DNA from: an uncultured Syntrophaceae bacterium
GTDB lineage: Bacteria; Desulfobacterota; Syntrophia; Syntrophales; UBA2210
Reading direction: 5' to 3'
DNA length: 64,000 bases
Assembly (NCBI GenBank): GCA_964610735.1
Contig: CAZSYH010000002.1
Location: 12,933-76,932, forward strand
In this document: piece after piece, positions 19,756 to 32,896 of the stretch
How positions within the stretch are numbered: position 1 is the stretch's first letter
How the letters are laid out: each line of letters starts with the position of its first letter
Translations under genes and position numbers: made by a program
Notes under the pieces: model-generated
What the model saw: the letters and a program-made list of their open reading frames with translations, nothing else
Told to the model about the DNA's origin: nothing
Databases searched by the model: none

Positions 19756-20727
19756 TTACAGATATCTCTCGTCTTTCCCCAGATAATTTACTACATAATC
19801 CGAGACAGCGTCTTCAAGCGAGGATGTGTGCACGGGGCAACCAACCGACAGGAGTTTGTCCATTTTTGCTTCGGTAAAGTACTGATACTGCCGCCTGATC
19901 GACTCTGGCATCTCTATGTATTCAATCCTGGGTTCCTTGCCCATCGCGGCAAAGACTGCTTTTGTCAGGTCATTCCACGTTCTGGCACGACCTGTGCCAA
20001 GATTGAATATCCCTGCAACATCTCTGTTTTCAAGAAACCACCAGATCACTTCCGCGCAATCCTTCACATAAATAAAATCTCTTTTTTGCTCGCCGTCTCG
20101 GAAATCAGGTCTGTGGGATTTGAAAAGCCTCACCTTTCCCGTTTCACGAATCTGTCTAAAAGATTTGTGAATAACGCTTCTCATGTCCCCCTTATGATAT
20201 TCATTCGGCCCGAAGACATTGAAAAACTTTATCCCCACAGTCTTCTCTTCCAGCCGCTTCCTCAGTACCCAAAGATCGAACAGCTGCTTGGAATAACCGT
20301 ACATATTTATGGGACGAAGTCCGGCGCTTACGCCATCATCATCGGAAAACCCCACGGAGCCGTCTCCATATGTTGCCGCGCTGCTCGCATAGATAAAGTG
20401 GATATTTTTTTCCACGGCCCACTCTGCAAGCCGGGCAGTGTAGTGGTAGTTGTTCTCCACAAGGTAATCCGCATCTCTTTCCGTAGTTGAAGAACACGCG
20501 CCCATGTGGACAATAGCCTCAACCTCGAATGGCACCTCATCATCAAGAACCAGCTCAAGAAAATCGTCTTTATCCAGATAATCCACAAACCTGCTGTTGA
20601 CCAGGTTCTTCCACTTTTCGGATACTCCGAGGCTGTCAACAACGACAATATCATCAAACCCATGTGTATTCAGCTTCCATACAACTGCGCTACCTATAAA
20701 TCCTGCTCCTCCGGTCACTACAATCAT
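19756..20727 (-). CDS. hldD: ADP-L-glycero-D-manno-heptose 6-epimerase
   Basis: Collinear with E. coli HldD as I recall it: MIVVTGGAGFIGS, HMGACSSTTE, YASSAATYG, YGYSK, FNVFGPNEYHKG, IFNLGTGRA. Confidence 0.9.
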   Translation of the reverse strand: MIVVTGGAGFIGSAVVWKLNTHGFDDIVVVDSLGVSEKWKNLVNSRFVDYLDKDDFLELVLDDEVPFEVEAIVHMGACSSTTERDADYLVENNYHYTARLAEWAVEKNIHFIYASSAATYGDGSVGFSDDDGVSAGLRPINMYGYSKQLFDLWVLRKRLEEKTVGIKFFNVFGPNEYHKGDMRSVIHKSFRQIRETGKVRLFKSHRPDFRDGEQKRDFIYVKDCAEVIWWFLENRDVAGIFNLGTGRARTWNDLTKAVFAAMGKEPRIEYIEMPESIRRQYQYFTEAKMDKLLSVGCPVHTSSLEDAVSDYVVNYLGKDERYL

Positions 20728-20736
20728 CTGGATCTC

Positions 20737-21248
20737 CTATAATATCGGCAGATATCTCTCCAATTCATACTTTGACACGTGTCTCATGTACAGACTTCTT
20801 TCGACTTTTTTGTTCTCAACAAATTTATTAAAGGTATGTTCGCCCAGGGCTTTTTTATAGCCGAGCTGTTTTCCCCTCCTAGGAGGCTGTCCGAGAACTC
20901 GAATATTTGTCGTTTTGGGAAATTAAGGCGCAATAATATCAATTGTTTACAAGTGTAAGTTTCACAAAAAGCTATTCTCGGACAGCCTCCTATGGAATAA
21001 TGGCAAAGATTGCCGGGTCCGGCATGGCTATCATATCGTTCTCTTCAATCCTAGTAAATCCCTCAATTGACGTCCATCAAATCCCATGCCCTCGGTCATG
21101 CCTACCTCAAGCTCAAGGGGACGGCCGGCACAAACTCTTAAGCATCCCAAGAACATCGGTAAACCAGAACTGGACAAACTTCGCATCTTTATCCCCGACA
21201 TTCTTTAAAACATCTTGTTTCGTCGATCTGATCCGAGCTTCTCTTCAT
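20737..21248 (-). pseudogene. glnA: Glutamine synthetase (glnA) remnant: N-terminal ~85 codons and C-terminal ~45 codons only, with frameshifts
   Basis: Minus strand 21248..20993 reads ..KQDVLKNVGDKDAKFVQFWFTDVLGMLKS / ELEVGMTEGMGFDG / SIEGFTRIEENDMIAMPDPAIFAIIP across at least three frame changes (GS beta-grasp N-domain). Minus strand 20873..20737 reads KQLGYKKALGEHTFNKFVENKKVERSLYMRHVSKYELERYLPIL-stop (GS C-terminus). The catalytic middle is absent. Confidence 0.75.
20880..20992. repeat. 113-bp segment bounded by perfect 18-bp terminal inverted repeats (MITE-like element or deletion scar)
   Basis: TAGGAGGCTGTCCGAGAA at 20880-20897 and its exact reverse complement at 20975-20992, around a 77-bp AT-rich interior. 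The arms start where GS homology stops on each side. Confidence 0.6.
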
Positions 21249-21342
21249 TGCTTTAATTTAAAAGGGTAACCTAAGTTCAAGACAAGGTAATGTCAAGTTT
21301 TTTATATCTTGCGAATAGTTGTCGCAGTAGCCGATTTCTCGC

Positions 21343-22083
21343 TTATTTGGTTTTTCCTCTCCCATACAAATCAACCTGATGACATATACCACGGATTATT
21401 TTCACATCCCTGGCAAACAGTCTGGTCCTCGACAAAAAGCGCCTCACATTTGTCATCCAGTAATCAGGATTCTGAGGTTTTATAAAATTTATCCGCAAAA
21501 ACATCTCCCTCAAATGGTCGTACATTGCCTCAGTCTCTGCCGAAGCAGCCAGCTTCGGGGTAAAAGCGGAGGTACCCCCAACGCGTGCGGTAAAGATTTC
21601 ATAACAAATGATCATTACCGCATGCGAAAGATTGAGTGATTTCAGGCCTTCTGACGTGGGAATCTTTACCAGTACATCACAATATTTAAGATCGCTATTG
21701 GTAAGTCCTCTGTCTTCAGGACCAAAAACTAACGCTACCCTGTTGTTCTGAGAGAGATCAACGATATCTTCCGCCATTTTCTCCGGATATATCATTGACC
21801 TTTTAAGGCTCGTATTTCCTGATCTCCCGGTCGTCCCGACTATATGGTTAAACGGGGCAAGCGCAAGGTCCAGCCTGTCAAAATATTTGATTTTTTCCAC
21901 GATATCCAAGGCAAAGTGTGTTGCCCGCTGTTCAATCTTTTCTCTATCGGCATTCAGGGGATTTACAACGATGATGTTGCTTATTCCCATATTTTTAGCG
22001 CACCGGGCAACCGCCCCTATATTACCCGGATGTTTCGGCCCGTTAAGCACTATTGCCAGATTCTCCATCCTTGCTTTTTCCAA
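21343..22083 (-). CDS. trmJ: SpoU/TrmH-family RNA 2'-O-methyltransferase (TrmJ-like)
   Basis: VLNGPKHPGNIGAVARCAKNMG, LVFGPEDRGLTN and SLNLSHAV motifs; 246 aa with a TrmJ-like C-terminal extension. Confidence 0.8.
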   Translation of the reverse strand: MEKARMENLAIVLNGPKHPGNIGAVARCAKNMGISNIIVVNPLNADREKIEQRATHFALDIVEKIKYFDRLDLALAPFNHIVGTTGRSGNTSLKRSMIYPEKMAEDIVDLSQNNRVALVFGPEDRGLTNSDLKYCDVLVKIPTSEGLKSLNLSHAVMIICYEIFTARVGGTSAFTPKLAASAETEAMYDHLREMFLRINFIKPQNPDYWMTNVRRFLSRTRLFARDVKIIRGICHQVDLYGRGKTK

Positions 22084-22229
22084 TCTATGCCCCCTGTCGA
22101 AGTTTATGAGTCTGTTGATCTATGAGTTTGTTGTTGCATAAAAAATGCTCCTGTTTTAACATTCACATCTACTGGCATATTATATCATAAACTACTGGAG
22201 TCTGCCACGACGGGTTATCCTTCAATTCT

Positions 22230-22907
22230 GTGAACCGGTTACAAATGGAAAAATTAAAAGACATAATCTCCACAACCTCTGGGGATATCGGTATAAATCT
22301 CACCACTCGTGAGATAGATCTCCTCGTTGAATATTACAAAGAACTGTTGCTCTGGAATAAAAAGATGTCCCTTGTCTCAATAAAATCTCCTCTTGACATA
22401 CCAAAACACTTCATCGATTCTCTGACAGTCACAAAATTTATAAAAAATGAGACCTCAAAACTGTTGGATGTAGGAACAGGAGCCGGTTTGCCCGGTATTC
22501 CGTTGAAGATAAAAATGGAGGCACTCAGTGTCACCCTCCTTGATTCATCACGCAAAAAGACATCTTTCCTCAAAAGTGTCATCCGCAAGCTCGATCTCAA
22601 GGACATCTCAGTCATAAATGGCAGGGCGGAATCGTTAGTACATGAAAAAGGATACAAGGGGGGGTTTGATATCGTCATATCCAGGGCTGCCTTCAAAATC
22701 CCTGATTTTCTCACATTGGGAGCACAATTTTTGTCTGACGGCGGCACCCTGATAGCCATGAAGGGGAAAAATGCAGATGACGAGCTTGAACGGGCGGCTG
22801 GCACAATCAAGAAAACGAGTCTTGCATTGACATGCGTCCATGAAATAAGACTTCCGGTCACAGGCGAATTAAGAAAAATTCTCTGTTTTCATAAGAACCT
22901 GTTATAG
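22230..22907 (+). CDS. rsmG: 16S rRNA (guanine527-N7)-methyltransferase RsmG (GidB)
   Basis: SAM motif LDVGTGAGLPGIPLKI, SRKKTSFL and RAESL motifs. Alternative ATG start at 22245. Confidence 0.88.
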   Translation: MNRLQMEKLKDIISTTSGDIGINLTTREIDLLVEYYKELLLWNKKMSLVSIKSPLDIPKHFIDSLTVTKFIKNETSKLLDVGTGAGLPGIPLKIKMEALSVTLLDSSRKKTSFLKSVIRKLDLKDISVINGRAESLVHEKGYKGGFDIVISRAAFKIPDFLTLGAQFLSDGGTLIAMKGKNADDELERAAGTIKKTSLALTCVHEIRLPVTGELRKILCFHKNLL

Positions 22908-23013
22908 AATGAGAATTGCTACCCCAAATTACTGCTTCTAAAATGCCCCTTTATATGATAGTTTCTCCCGATGAATTTATACCTCAAAGATCACGAAAGA
23001 ATTGTCTGAATAA

Positions 23014-23784
23014 ATGAGAAAAGTCATATGCATAGCCAACCAGAAGGGGGGCGTCGGCAAAACAACGACTGCTATCAATCTGTCCGCTTCCCTGGCCGCC
23101 GCGGAAAGGAAAACTCTTCTGATAGATTGTGATCCTCAAGGAAACGCCACAAGCGGTGTTGGCATAGACCCCTCCACAATAAACGAGAAAAATCTTTACT
23201 ACGCCCTTATTCAAGACGCTCCATTTGAAGAAATCGTATTCAAGACACAAATTCCCACTCTCGACATTATCCCCTCTAATCAGGATCTTATCGGTGTGGA
23301 GATAGAGTTCGTATCACTAAGTAACAGGGAAAAGAGGTTGAAAAACTTTCTAAAAAAAATTGACTTTTCTTATGAATTTATTATAATCGACTGTCCACCT
23401 TCTCTTGGTTTTTTAACTGTTAATTCTCTTGTTGCATCCGATTTACTCATAATTCCTCTGCAATGCGAGTACTTTGCACTGGAAGGATTGGGCCACCTGT
23501 TAAACAGCGTTAAACTTGTACAGGCAAGACTCAATCCATCCCTGTCATTGGCCGGCATACTGCTTACCATGTTCGACAAAAGAAATCGGCTTTCCCACCA
23601 GGTAGCCGACGAAGCCAGGAAGTTTTTTGGGTCTAACGTATTAAAAACAGTTATACCAAGAAATGTGAGGCTTTCCGAAAGCCCAAGCCATGGATTGCCT
23701 ATTATACTGTACGATATAAAATCCAGCGGTGCCATTTCATACATGGCGTTGGCAACGGAGATTATGACCAACGGAAGGATATGA
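23014..23784 (+). CDS. parA: Chromosome partitioning ATPase ParA/Soj
   Basis: Deviant Walker A NQKGGVGKTTTAINL, IIIDCPPSLG, and the RNVRLSESPSHG motif. Confidence 0.93.
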   Translation: MRKVICIANQKGGVGKTTTAINLSASLAAAERKTLLIDCDPQGNATSGVGIDPSTINEKNLYYALIQDAPFEEIVFKTQIPTLDIIPSNQDLIGVEIEFVSLSNREKRLKNFLKKIDFSYEFIIIDCPPSLGFLTVNSLVASDLLIIPLQCEYFALEGLGHLLNSVKLVQARLNPSLSLAGILLTMFDKRNRLSHQVADEARKFFGSNVLKTVIPRNVRLSESPSHGLPIILYDIKSSGAISYMALATEIMTNGRI

Positions 23785-24644
23785 TGCCTAAAAAAAACGC
23801 ATTGGGAAAGGGGCTGGGTGCCATATTCACCGACCTTATGGAGGACCCTTCTGACAAACCAAACTTCGCAATGTGCGGAATCGAGGAATTGTCACCAAAC
23901 AGATTCCAGCCAAGGAAGATATTTGACGGGAAAGAGCAAAAAAACCTTGTAACGTCCATCAAAAAAAACGGTATATTGCAACCAATTGTTGTGAGAAAAG
24001 CTGAGTCGGGCTATGAAATTATCGCTGGAGAACGCAGATGGAGAGCAGCTCAGACCGCAGGATTAATGAATGTACCGATCATTATCAGGCATAATGCTAA
24101 AGATATCGACGTAGCAGAGCTGTCTCTCGTGGAAAATATACAGCGCGAGGGGCTGAACCCCATAGAAGAATCGGAGGCATACCAAACCCTCACTAAAACA
24201 TTTCGCCTCTCCCAAGACGAAATATCATCTCGGGTGGGTAAAGATCGGTCAACCATAGCAAATTCCCTTCGGCTGCTTAATCTTCCGGGAGAAGCAAGGG
24301 ATGCGCTGATAAAAAAAGATATTTCCGCCGGACACGCGAGAGCCATCCTGTCGGTTGATTCGCGGGAAAAACAGATTGTTCTGTTAATGGAAGTCATAAA
24401 GAAAAAACTCAGCGTCAGGGAAACTGAAAAGCTGGCAAAATCTATTGATACTCACCTTAAAAAGAAAAAAAAGGTGGGAAAAGATACATACATTATAGAC
24501 CTTGAGAATAAAATGTCGGAAAGATTGATGGCAAGGACAGGCGTAAAACAATTGAGTAATGGTGGTGTTATAGAAATTAGATTCTCATCCTCAGATGATC
24601 TGGAGAGGTTGGTGGATATTATCATGAGTGGAGATGATAAGTAA
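23781..24644 (+). CDS. parB: Chromosome partitioning protein ParB/Spo0J
   Basis: ParB box QPIVVRK..YEIIAGERRWRAA, HTH SQDEISSRVGKDRSTIANSLRLL. Start overlaps the parA stop (ATGA). Confidence 0.93.
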   Translation: MMPKKNALGKGLGAIFTDLMEDPSDKPNFAMCGIEELSPNRFQPRKIFDGKEQKNLVTSIKKNGILQPIVVRKAESGYEIIAGERRWRAAQTAGLMNVPIIIRHNAKDIDVAELSLVENIQREGLNPIEESEAYQTLTKTFRLSQDEISSRVGKDRSTIANSLRLLNLPGEARDALIKKDISAGHARAILSVDSREKQIVLLMEVIKKKLSVRETEKLAKSIDTHLKKKKKVGKDTYIIDLENKMSERLMARTGVKQLSNGGVIEIRFSSSDDLERLVDIIMSGDDK

Positions 24645-24690
24645 GATGTCTCCTCCCATAAAAAGGCGTTCTGTCTGTATGCTGTAAAAC

Positions 24691-24710
24691 CTATCAACAC
24701 TTGTTGATAA
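24691..24710. promoter_or_regulatory. Inverted pair of DnaA-box-like 9-mers upstream of dnaA
   Basis: CTATCAACA (7/9) and TGTTGATAA (reverse complement TTATCAACA, 8/9 to TTATCCACA), 2 bp apart and 25 bp upstream of the dnaA TTG start. Confidence 0.35.
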
Positions 24711-24734
24711 CATTGTTAATAAAGGTAGGTAATA

Positions 24735-26057
24735 TTGGAATCATTTTGGAACGAAAGTGTTAAAATAATTAAGAAAAAAGTTAGTCAGCAGAACTTTGAA
24801 ACCTGGATAAAACCTATCAGGATTGTTTCGCTGGAAGATAGTAATATTCTTCTGGGTGTGCCTAATAAGTTCTTTAAGGACTGGCTTGTCGAAAACTATA
24901 TTGACATTATCAGCAACTCTTTTTCGGCTGTGTCTGGCATCGGGGTAGATATAAAATTTATTGTAAGTAAGCCGGAGAAAATAGATATATCGCGGGATAT
25001 GGAAGCAAAAACTTTTATAAAAGGCAGGCCGGTTCGATTACACTCATCTCTCAATCCAAACTACAGTTTTGAAAGATTTGTTGTAGGATCATCCAATCAG
25101 TTCGCTCATGCGGCAGCTCTTTCCGTAGCGGAGCAACCGGGACATAGTTACAACCCCCTGTTTATTTACGGCGGTGTGGGGTTAGGGAAAACACACCTGT
25201 TAAACGCTATCGGTATTCATACTGTTTCCCTGTATCCACAAAAGAATGTACTCTATGTATCAGCGGAAGAATTCATGAATGAGCTGATATATTCTATCAG
25301 ATATGATAAGATGTCCAAGTTTAGGGAAAAATATAGAAAGATAGATTCTCTTCTTATTGATGATATTCAGTTTATAGCAGGTAAGGAAAGAACCCAGGAA
25401 GAATTTTTTCACACTTTCAACACCCTTCATGATTCAAAAAAACAGATAGTTGTTACAAGTGATAAATTTCCAAAAGAAATACAGAACCTTGAGGGACGAC
25501 TGAGATCAAGGTTTGAGTGGGGGTTAATAGCAGACATTCAACCCCCGGATGTAGAAACGAGAATAGCAATTATAGAAAAGAAGGCGCAGGAAAACAGTAT
25601 CACGGTGTCAAATGATATCATACGTTATATAGCCTTCGTTGCAGACTCAAATATAAGAGAATTGGAGGGTACATTAACAAGAATAGCCGCATATTCTTCT
25701 CTTACCGGAAAAGAAATAACAATAGATACAGTAAAGGATGTTATAAAAAACTTACTCAACCACACGATAAAGAGAGAAATAACTATAGATGAAATAATAA
25801 AAGCTGTCGGGAAAAAGTTTAATCTTAGAGTGGGAGATATAAGATCCCGAAAGAAGAATAAAAACCTTGTACTTTCACGTCAGATTGCAATGTATCTTTC
25901 AAGAAAGCTGACTAACAAATCTTTTCCAGATATAGGTGAGAAGATTGGGGGAAGGGACCACTCGACCGTTATTTACTCAAATAATAAGATAAAAAATATA
26001 ATGGGAAAGGATTATGAAATAAAAAAATTAGTGGAAGAAATAGAGAGGACCTTATAA
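24735..26057 (+). CDS. dnaA: Chromosomal replication initiator protein DnaA
   Basis: N-terminus FWNESVKIIKKKVSQQNFETWIKPI, AAA+ Walker A GGVGLGKTHLL, Walker B LLIDDIQF, and C-terminal DNA-binding DHSTVIYS motif. TTG start. Confidence 0.95.
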   Translation: MESFWNESVKIIKKKVSQQNFETWIKPIRIVSLEDSNILLGVPNKFFKDWLVENYIDIISNSFSAVSGIGVDIKFIVSKPEKIDISRDMEAKTFIKGRPVRLHSSLNPNYSFERFVVGSSNQFAHAAALSVAEQPGHSYNPLFIYGGVGLGKTHLLNAIGIHTVSLYPQKNVLYVSAEEFMNELIYSIRYDKMSKFREKYRKIDSLLIDDIQFIAGKERTQEEFFHTFNTLHDSKKQIVVTSDKFPKEIQNLEGRLRSRFEWGLIADIQPPDVETRIAIIEKKAQENSITVSNDIIRYIAFVADSNIRELEGTLTRIAAYSSLTGKEITIDTVKDVIKNLLNHTIKREITIDEIIKAVGKKFNLRVGDIRSRKKNKNLVLSRQIAMYLSRKLTNKSFPDIGEKIGGRDHSTVIYSNNKIKNIMGKDYEIKKLVEEIERTL

Positions 26058-26206
26058 ACCGGTTCTTAACCTTTCATCAAGTGTACTTTAAGAAGATATA
26101 GTTATAGAATTATTAAGGTTAGATAAATTATATTAACAAATTAACAATTCCTACTATTACTACTAATCTTTTAAACTAATATTTTTTTTAAGGAATAGGT
26201 GGAAAA
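26058..26206. other. Very AT-rich dnaA-dnaN spacer (candidate DNA-unwinding element / part of oriC)
   Basis: 149 bp dominated by A/T, with short tandem motifs (attaacaa x2 at ~26132-26147; tacta repeats at 26152-26165). No strong DnaA boxes seen inside it. Confidence 0.3.
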
Positions 26207-29738
<3,532 letters not shown>

Positions 29739-29850
29739 CTTTAGAGACAAACAAGAGCATTCCTGTCATAAAAAATACCAGGCATTGAACAGCGAGCGAT
29801 AAAAAATAAACATTTTCCTTAATCCCGATAATCGGGGTAAGTCCGTTAAT

Positions 29851-29888
29851 GAAATTATTTTCTGCCAGAAAACACAGAAAATAATTTC
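29851..29888 (+). other. Perfect 14-bp stem hairpin in the gyrB-gyrA spacer
   Basis: GAAATTATTTTCTG (29851-29864), 10-nt loop, CAGAAAATAATTTC (29875-29888). No U-tract follows, so it is not called a terminator. Confidence 0.5.
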
Positions 29889-29967
29889 TAACTTACTAAA
29901 CAAGCGGAGATCCTGTGGATGCGGGATTGCGAGGAGCTACCAATAGATAGAAAGGTTTTTAAAAATT

Positions 29968-32448
29968 ATGGATCAGTTGTTCCAGAAGAACATACCGGTA
30001 ACGATAGAAGCTGAGATGAAGAAGTCCTACATGGAATACGCGATGAGCGTGATTGTAGGACGCGCCATTCCCGATATCAGGGACGGATTAAAGCCGGTTC
30101 ACAGAAGAGCACTATTTGCCATGTCTGAGCTTGGAAACCGGTGGAACAAGCCCTATAAGAAGTCCGCGAGGATAGTGGGTGATATTATCGGCAAGTATCA
30201 TCCACATGGTGACACGGCTGCGTATGATACCGTCGTCAGGATGGCGCAGGATTTCTCCATGCGGTATCCGCTCATTGACGGCCAGGGGAACTTCGGATCT
30301 GTTGATGGAGACCCGCCCGCTGCCATGCGTTATACAGAGGTCAGGATGGAGAAGATGGCGGAGGAGCTTCTTTCGGATCTTGATAAGGATACCGTTGATT
30401 TTATTCCGAACTACGACGGCTCTCTTCAGGAACCGGTGGTGCTGCCCGCCAGGATTCCGACCCTCCTTCTCAACGGGTCGTCGGGAATAGCAGTTGGTTT
30501 GACAACCAATGTCCCCCCTCATAATCTTACCGAACTTGTCGATGGAATAATCGAGCTTATACATAATCCGGAACTTTCGGTTGACGATCTCATGGTATTC
30601 ATCAAGGGCCCCGACTTTCCGACGGCCGGCTTTATCAACGGCCGAGACGGAATCGTCTCCGCCTACCGTACGGGGCGCGGTATCATCAGAATCAGAGCGC
30701 GTGCAATCATCGAGCGAAACGCCAGAAACGACAGAGAGAGCATCATCATTACGGAACTTCCCTACCAGGTAAACAAGGCACATCTGATAGAAAAGATATC
30801 AGATCTGGTAAAAGACAAGAAGATCAGTGGTATAGCCGACCTGAGAGACGAATCGGACCGGGAAGGGATGAGGGTCGTTATCGATCTCAAACGGGAAGAA
30901 ATGTCGGGGGTTATTCTCAACCAGCTGTATAAGCACACCCAGATGGAATCGACGTTCGGCATCATCATGCTGGCCATTGACCGGGGACAGCCCCGGCTGA
31001 TGAACCTCAAAGAAATATTGGTTAAGTTTATTGATTTCAGGAAAGAAATTGTTATCAGAAGGACGATGTTTGAACTGGCCCGCGCCAGGGAGAAGCTGCA
31101 TATCTTGGAGGGGCTCATTATCGCCCTCGACAATATTGATGAGGTCATTGCCGTTATCAAGGCGTCCGAAAACGCGAAGACGGCAGCCGAAGAGCTGATG
31201 GCGCGATTCGGCCTGAGCGAGGAACAGACCAAGGCCATTCTGGAGATGAGGTTGCAGAGGCTGACCGGTCTGGAACGCGACAAGATACGGGAGGAACATA
31301 TCGAGATATCAGCCCTTGTTAAGAAACTGGAGGGCATACTTGCGGATTCCCAGAAGGTACTCGATATCATTATAGCGGAGCTGGAGGATATACTGAAACG
31401 GTACGGGGATGCGAGGAGAACGGAAATCGTCCTGAGCAGTACCGATATCGGGATTGAGGATATGATTGTGGAGGAGGATATGGTGGTTACCATATCGCAC
31501 CAGAACTACATCAAGAGAAATCCGGCCAGTCTGTACAGGAGCCAGCACCGTGGAGGGCGCGGCAAAGTCGGTATGGGTACAAAAGAGGACGATTTTCTTG
31601 AGAGATTGTTTATAGCCTCGACACACAGTCATATCCTGTTTTTCACCAATATGGGGCGCGTATACTGGCTGAAGATATACCAGATTCCTCAGGCTGGAAG
31701 AGCTGCGAAGGGCAAGGCGATCGTAAATCTCATAGGAATATCAAAAGATGAGAAGATTACGGCGGTTCTTCCTGTAAAGGAGTTTGTTGAGGATAAATTT
31801 GTTATAATGGCGACCAAGCGGGGAATTATCAAAAAGACGGACCTCATTGCCTATTCCAATCCCCGCTCCGGCGGCATCATTGCGTTGACCCTCGACGAAG
31901 GGGATGAACTGATTGATGTCAAACAGACGAACGGCGACCAGGACATCTTCCTCGGTGCCAGGAAGGGCAACGCGATCCGATTCAACGAGAAAAATGTTCG
32001 TGCCATAGGCAGAACGGCCCGCGGTGTAACCGGGATTAGAATAGCAGCCGATGATGAAGTGGTTGGCATGGAAGTGTTGAGTGACAGCAATTCCATCCTG
32101 ACCGTTTCAGAAAATGGATTTGGCAAGAGAACGGAGATTTCGGAATATCGGCTTCAGTCACGAGGTGGAAAGGGCATTATTAATCTCAAGACCACACCAA
32201 GAATAGGTTTCGTGACACGAATAAAGCAGGTCACCGGCGATGAGGACATTATGCTAATCAGCAGTACGGGAAACATCATACGGCTTGGTGTTGATGAAGT
32301 TTCACTCCTGCACCGCAGTACCCAAGGAGTCAAGCTGATAGATCTGGGCGATGAAGAGACGCTTGTGGGATTGGCAAGAGTGGAACGTGAAGAGCCCGAT
32401 ATGGACGAGGACTTGCTCGGTGAGGAGTCGGAGACGTTTGATTTTTGA
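29968..32448 (+). CDS. gyrA: DNA gyrase subunit A
   Basis: [24 protein letters not shown], the QRDR region [14 protein letters not shown], the active-site Tyr context AMRYTEVR, and an acidic C-terminal tail; 826 aa. Confidence 0.96.
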   Translation: MDQLFQKNIPVTIEAEMKKSYMEYAMSVIVGRAIPDIRDGLKPVHRRALFAMSELGNRWNKPYKKSARIVGDIIGKYHPHGDTAAYDTVVRMAQDFSMRYPLIDGQGNFGSVDGDPPAAMRYTEVRMEKMAEELLSDLDKDTVDFIPNYDGSLQEPVVLPARIPTLLLNGSSGIAVGLTTNVPPHNLTELVDGIIELIHNPELSVDDLMVFIKGPDFPTAGFINGRDGIVSAYRTGRGIIRIRARAIIERNARNDRESIIITELPYQVNKAHLIEKISDLVKDKKISGIADLRDESDREGMRVVIDLKREEMSGVILNQLYKHTQMESTFGIIMLAIDRGQPRLMNLKEILVKFIDFRKEIVIRRTMFELARAREKLHILEGLIIALDNIDEVIAVIKASENAKTAAEELMARFGLSEEQTKAILEMRLQRLTGLERDKIREEHIEISALVKKLEGILADSQKVLDIIIAELEDILKRYGDARRTEIVLSSTDIGIEDMIVEEDMVVTISHQNYIKRNPASLYRSQHRGGRGKVGMGTKEDDFLERLFIASTHSHILFFTNMGRVYWLKIYQIPQAGRAAKGKAIVNLIGISKDEKITAVLPVKEFVEDKFVIMATKRGIIKKTDLIAYSNPRSGGIIALTLDEGDELIDVKQTNGDQDIFLGARKGNAIRFNEKNVRAIGRTARGVTGIRIAADDEVVGMEVLSDSNSILTVSENGFGKRTEISEYRLQSRGGKGIINLKTTPRIGFVTRIKQVTGDEDIMLISSTGNIIRLGVDEVSLLHRSTQGVKLIDLGDEETLVGLARVEREEPDMDEDLLGEESETFDF

Positions 32449-32896
32449 CGGGGGTATCCGGCTATCAATCATTATAGACCAACCCGGAAATTCTCAAGAA
32501 TGACAACTTCGTAAAAAGTTGAACCTAGGTACATCCGCCATTCCAGCAGAAGAGGGAATAATGGAGGAGATACTAGGGTATTGTAAGAGAGTCAGGACTT
32601 TCAGCTTTTTAATCAGGACATCTGCGTTTGAGCTGAATTATGCGCTGAGGTTCTCGTCTTTTTCCACATTCCATGCAAGTTGAAGTATGTGTGAAATGCG
32701 GGCGTTGCTAACGCTATCAATTTGGATCCGGATCGCAGGCCCTATCTCAGAGCTGTTGTAATGGGCATAATGCCGGGATTCCCTTTCATTCAAATTTTCC
32801 GCTGAAGAAGAGGGCATATCTGCCGATAGTCGAGCGGGGACACCTCTTTCATTTCTCAGGCGGGTGTTCTATACTTGACAAAAGCAGGTATCCGAT

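Noticed and set aside
20943-21269. 108-aa plus-strand ORF in the trmJ-hldD interval.
   Set aside because: It is the antisense reading of the decayed glutamine synthetase N-terminal fragment and starts inside the inverted-repeat-bounded segment. There is no support for it as a gene.
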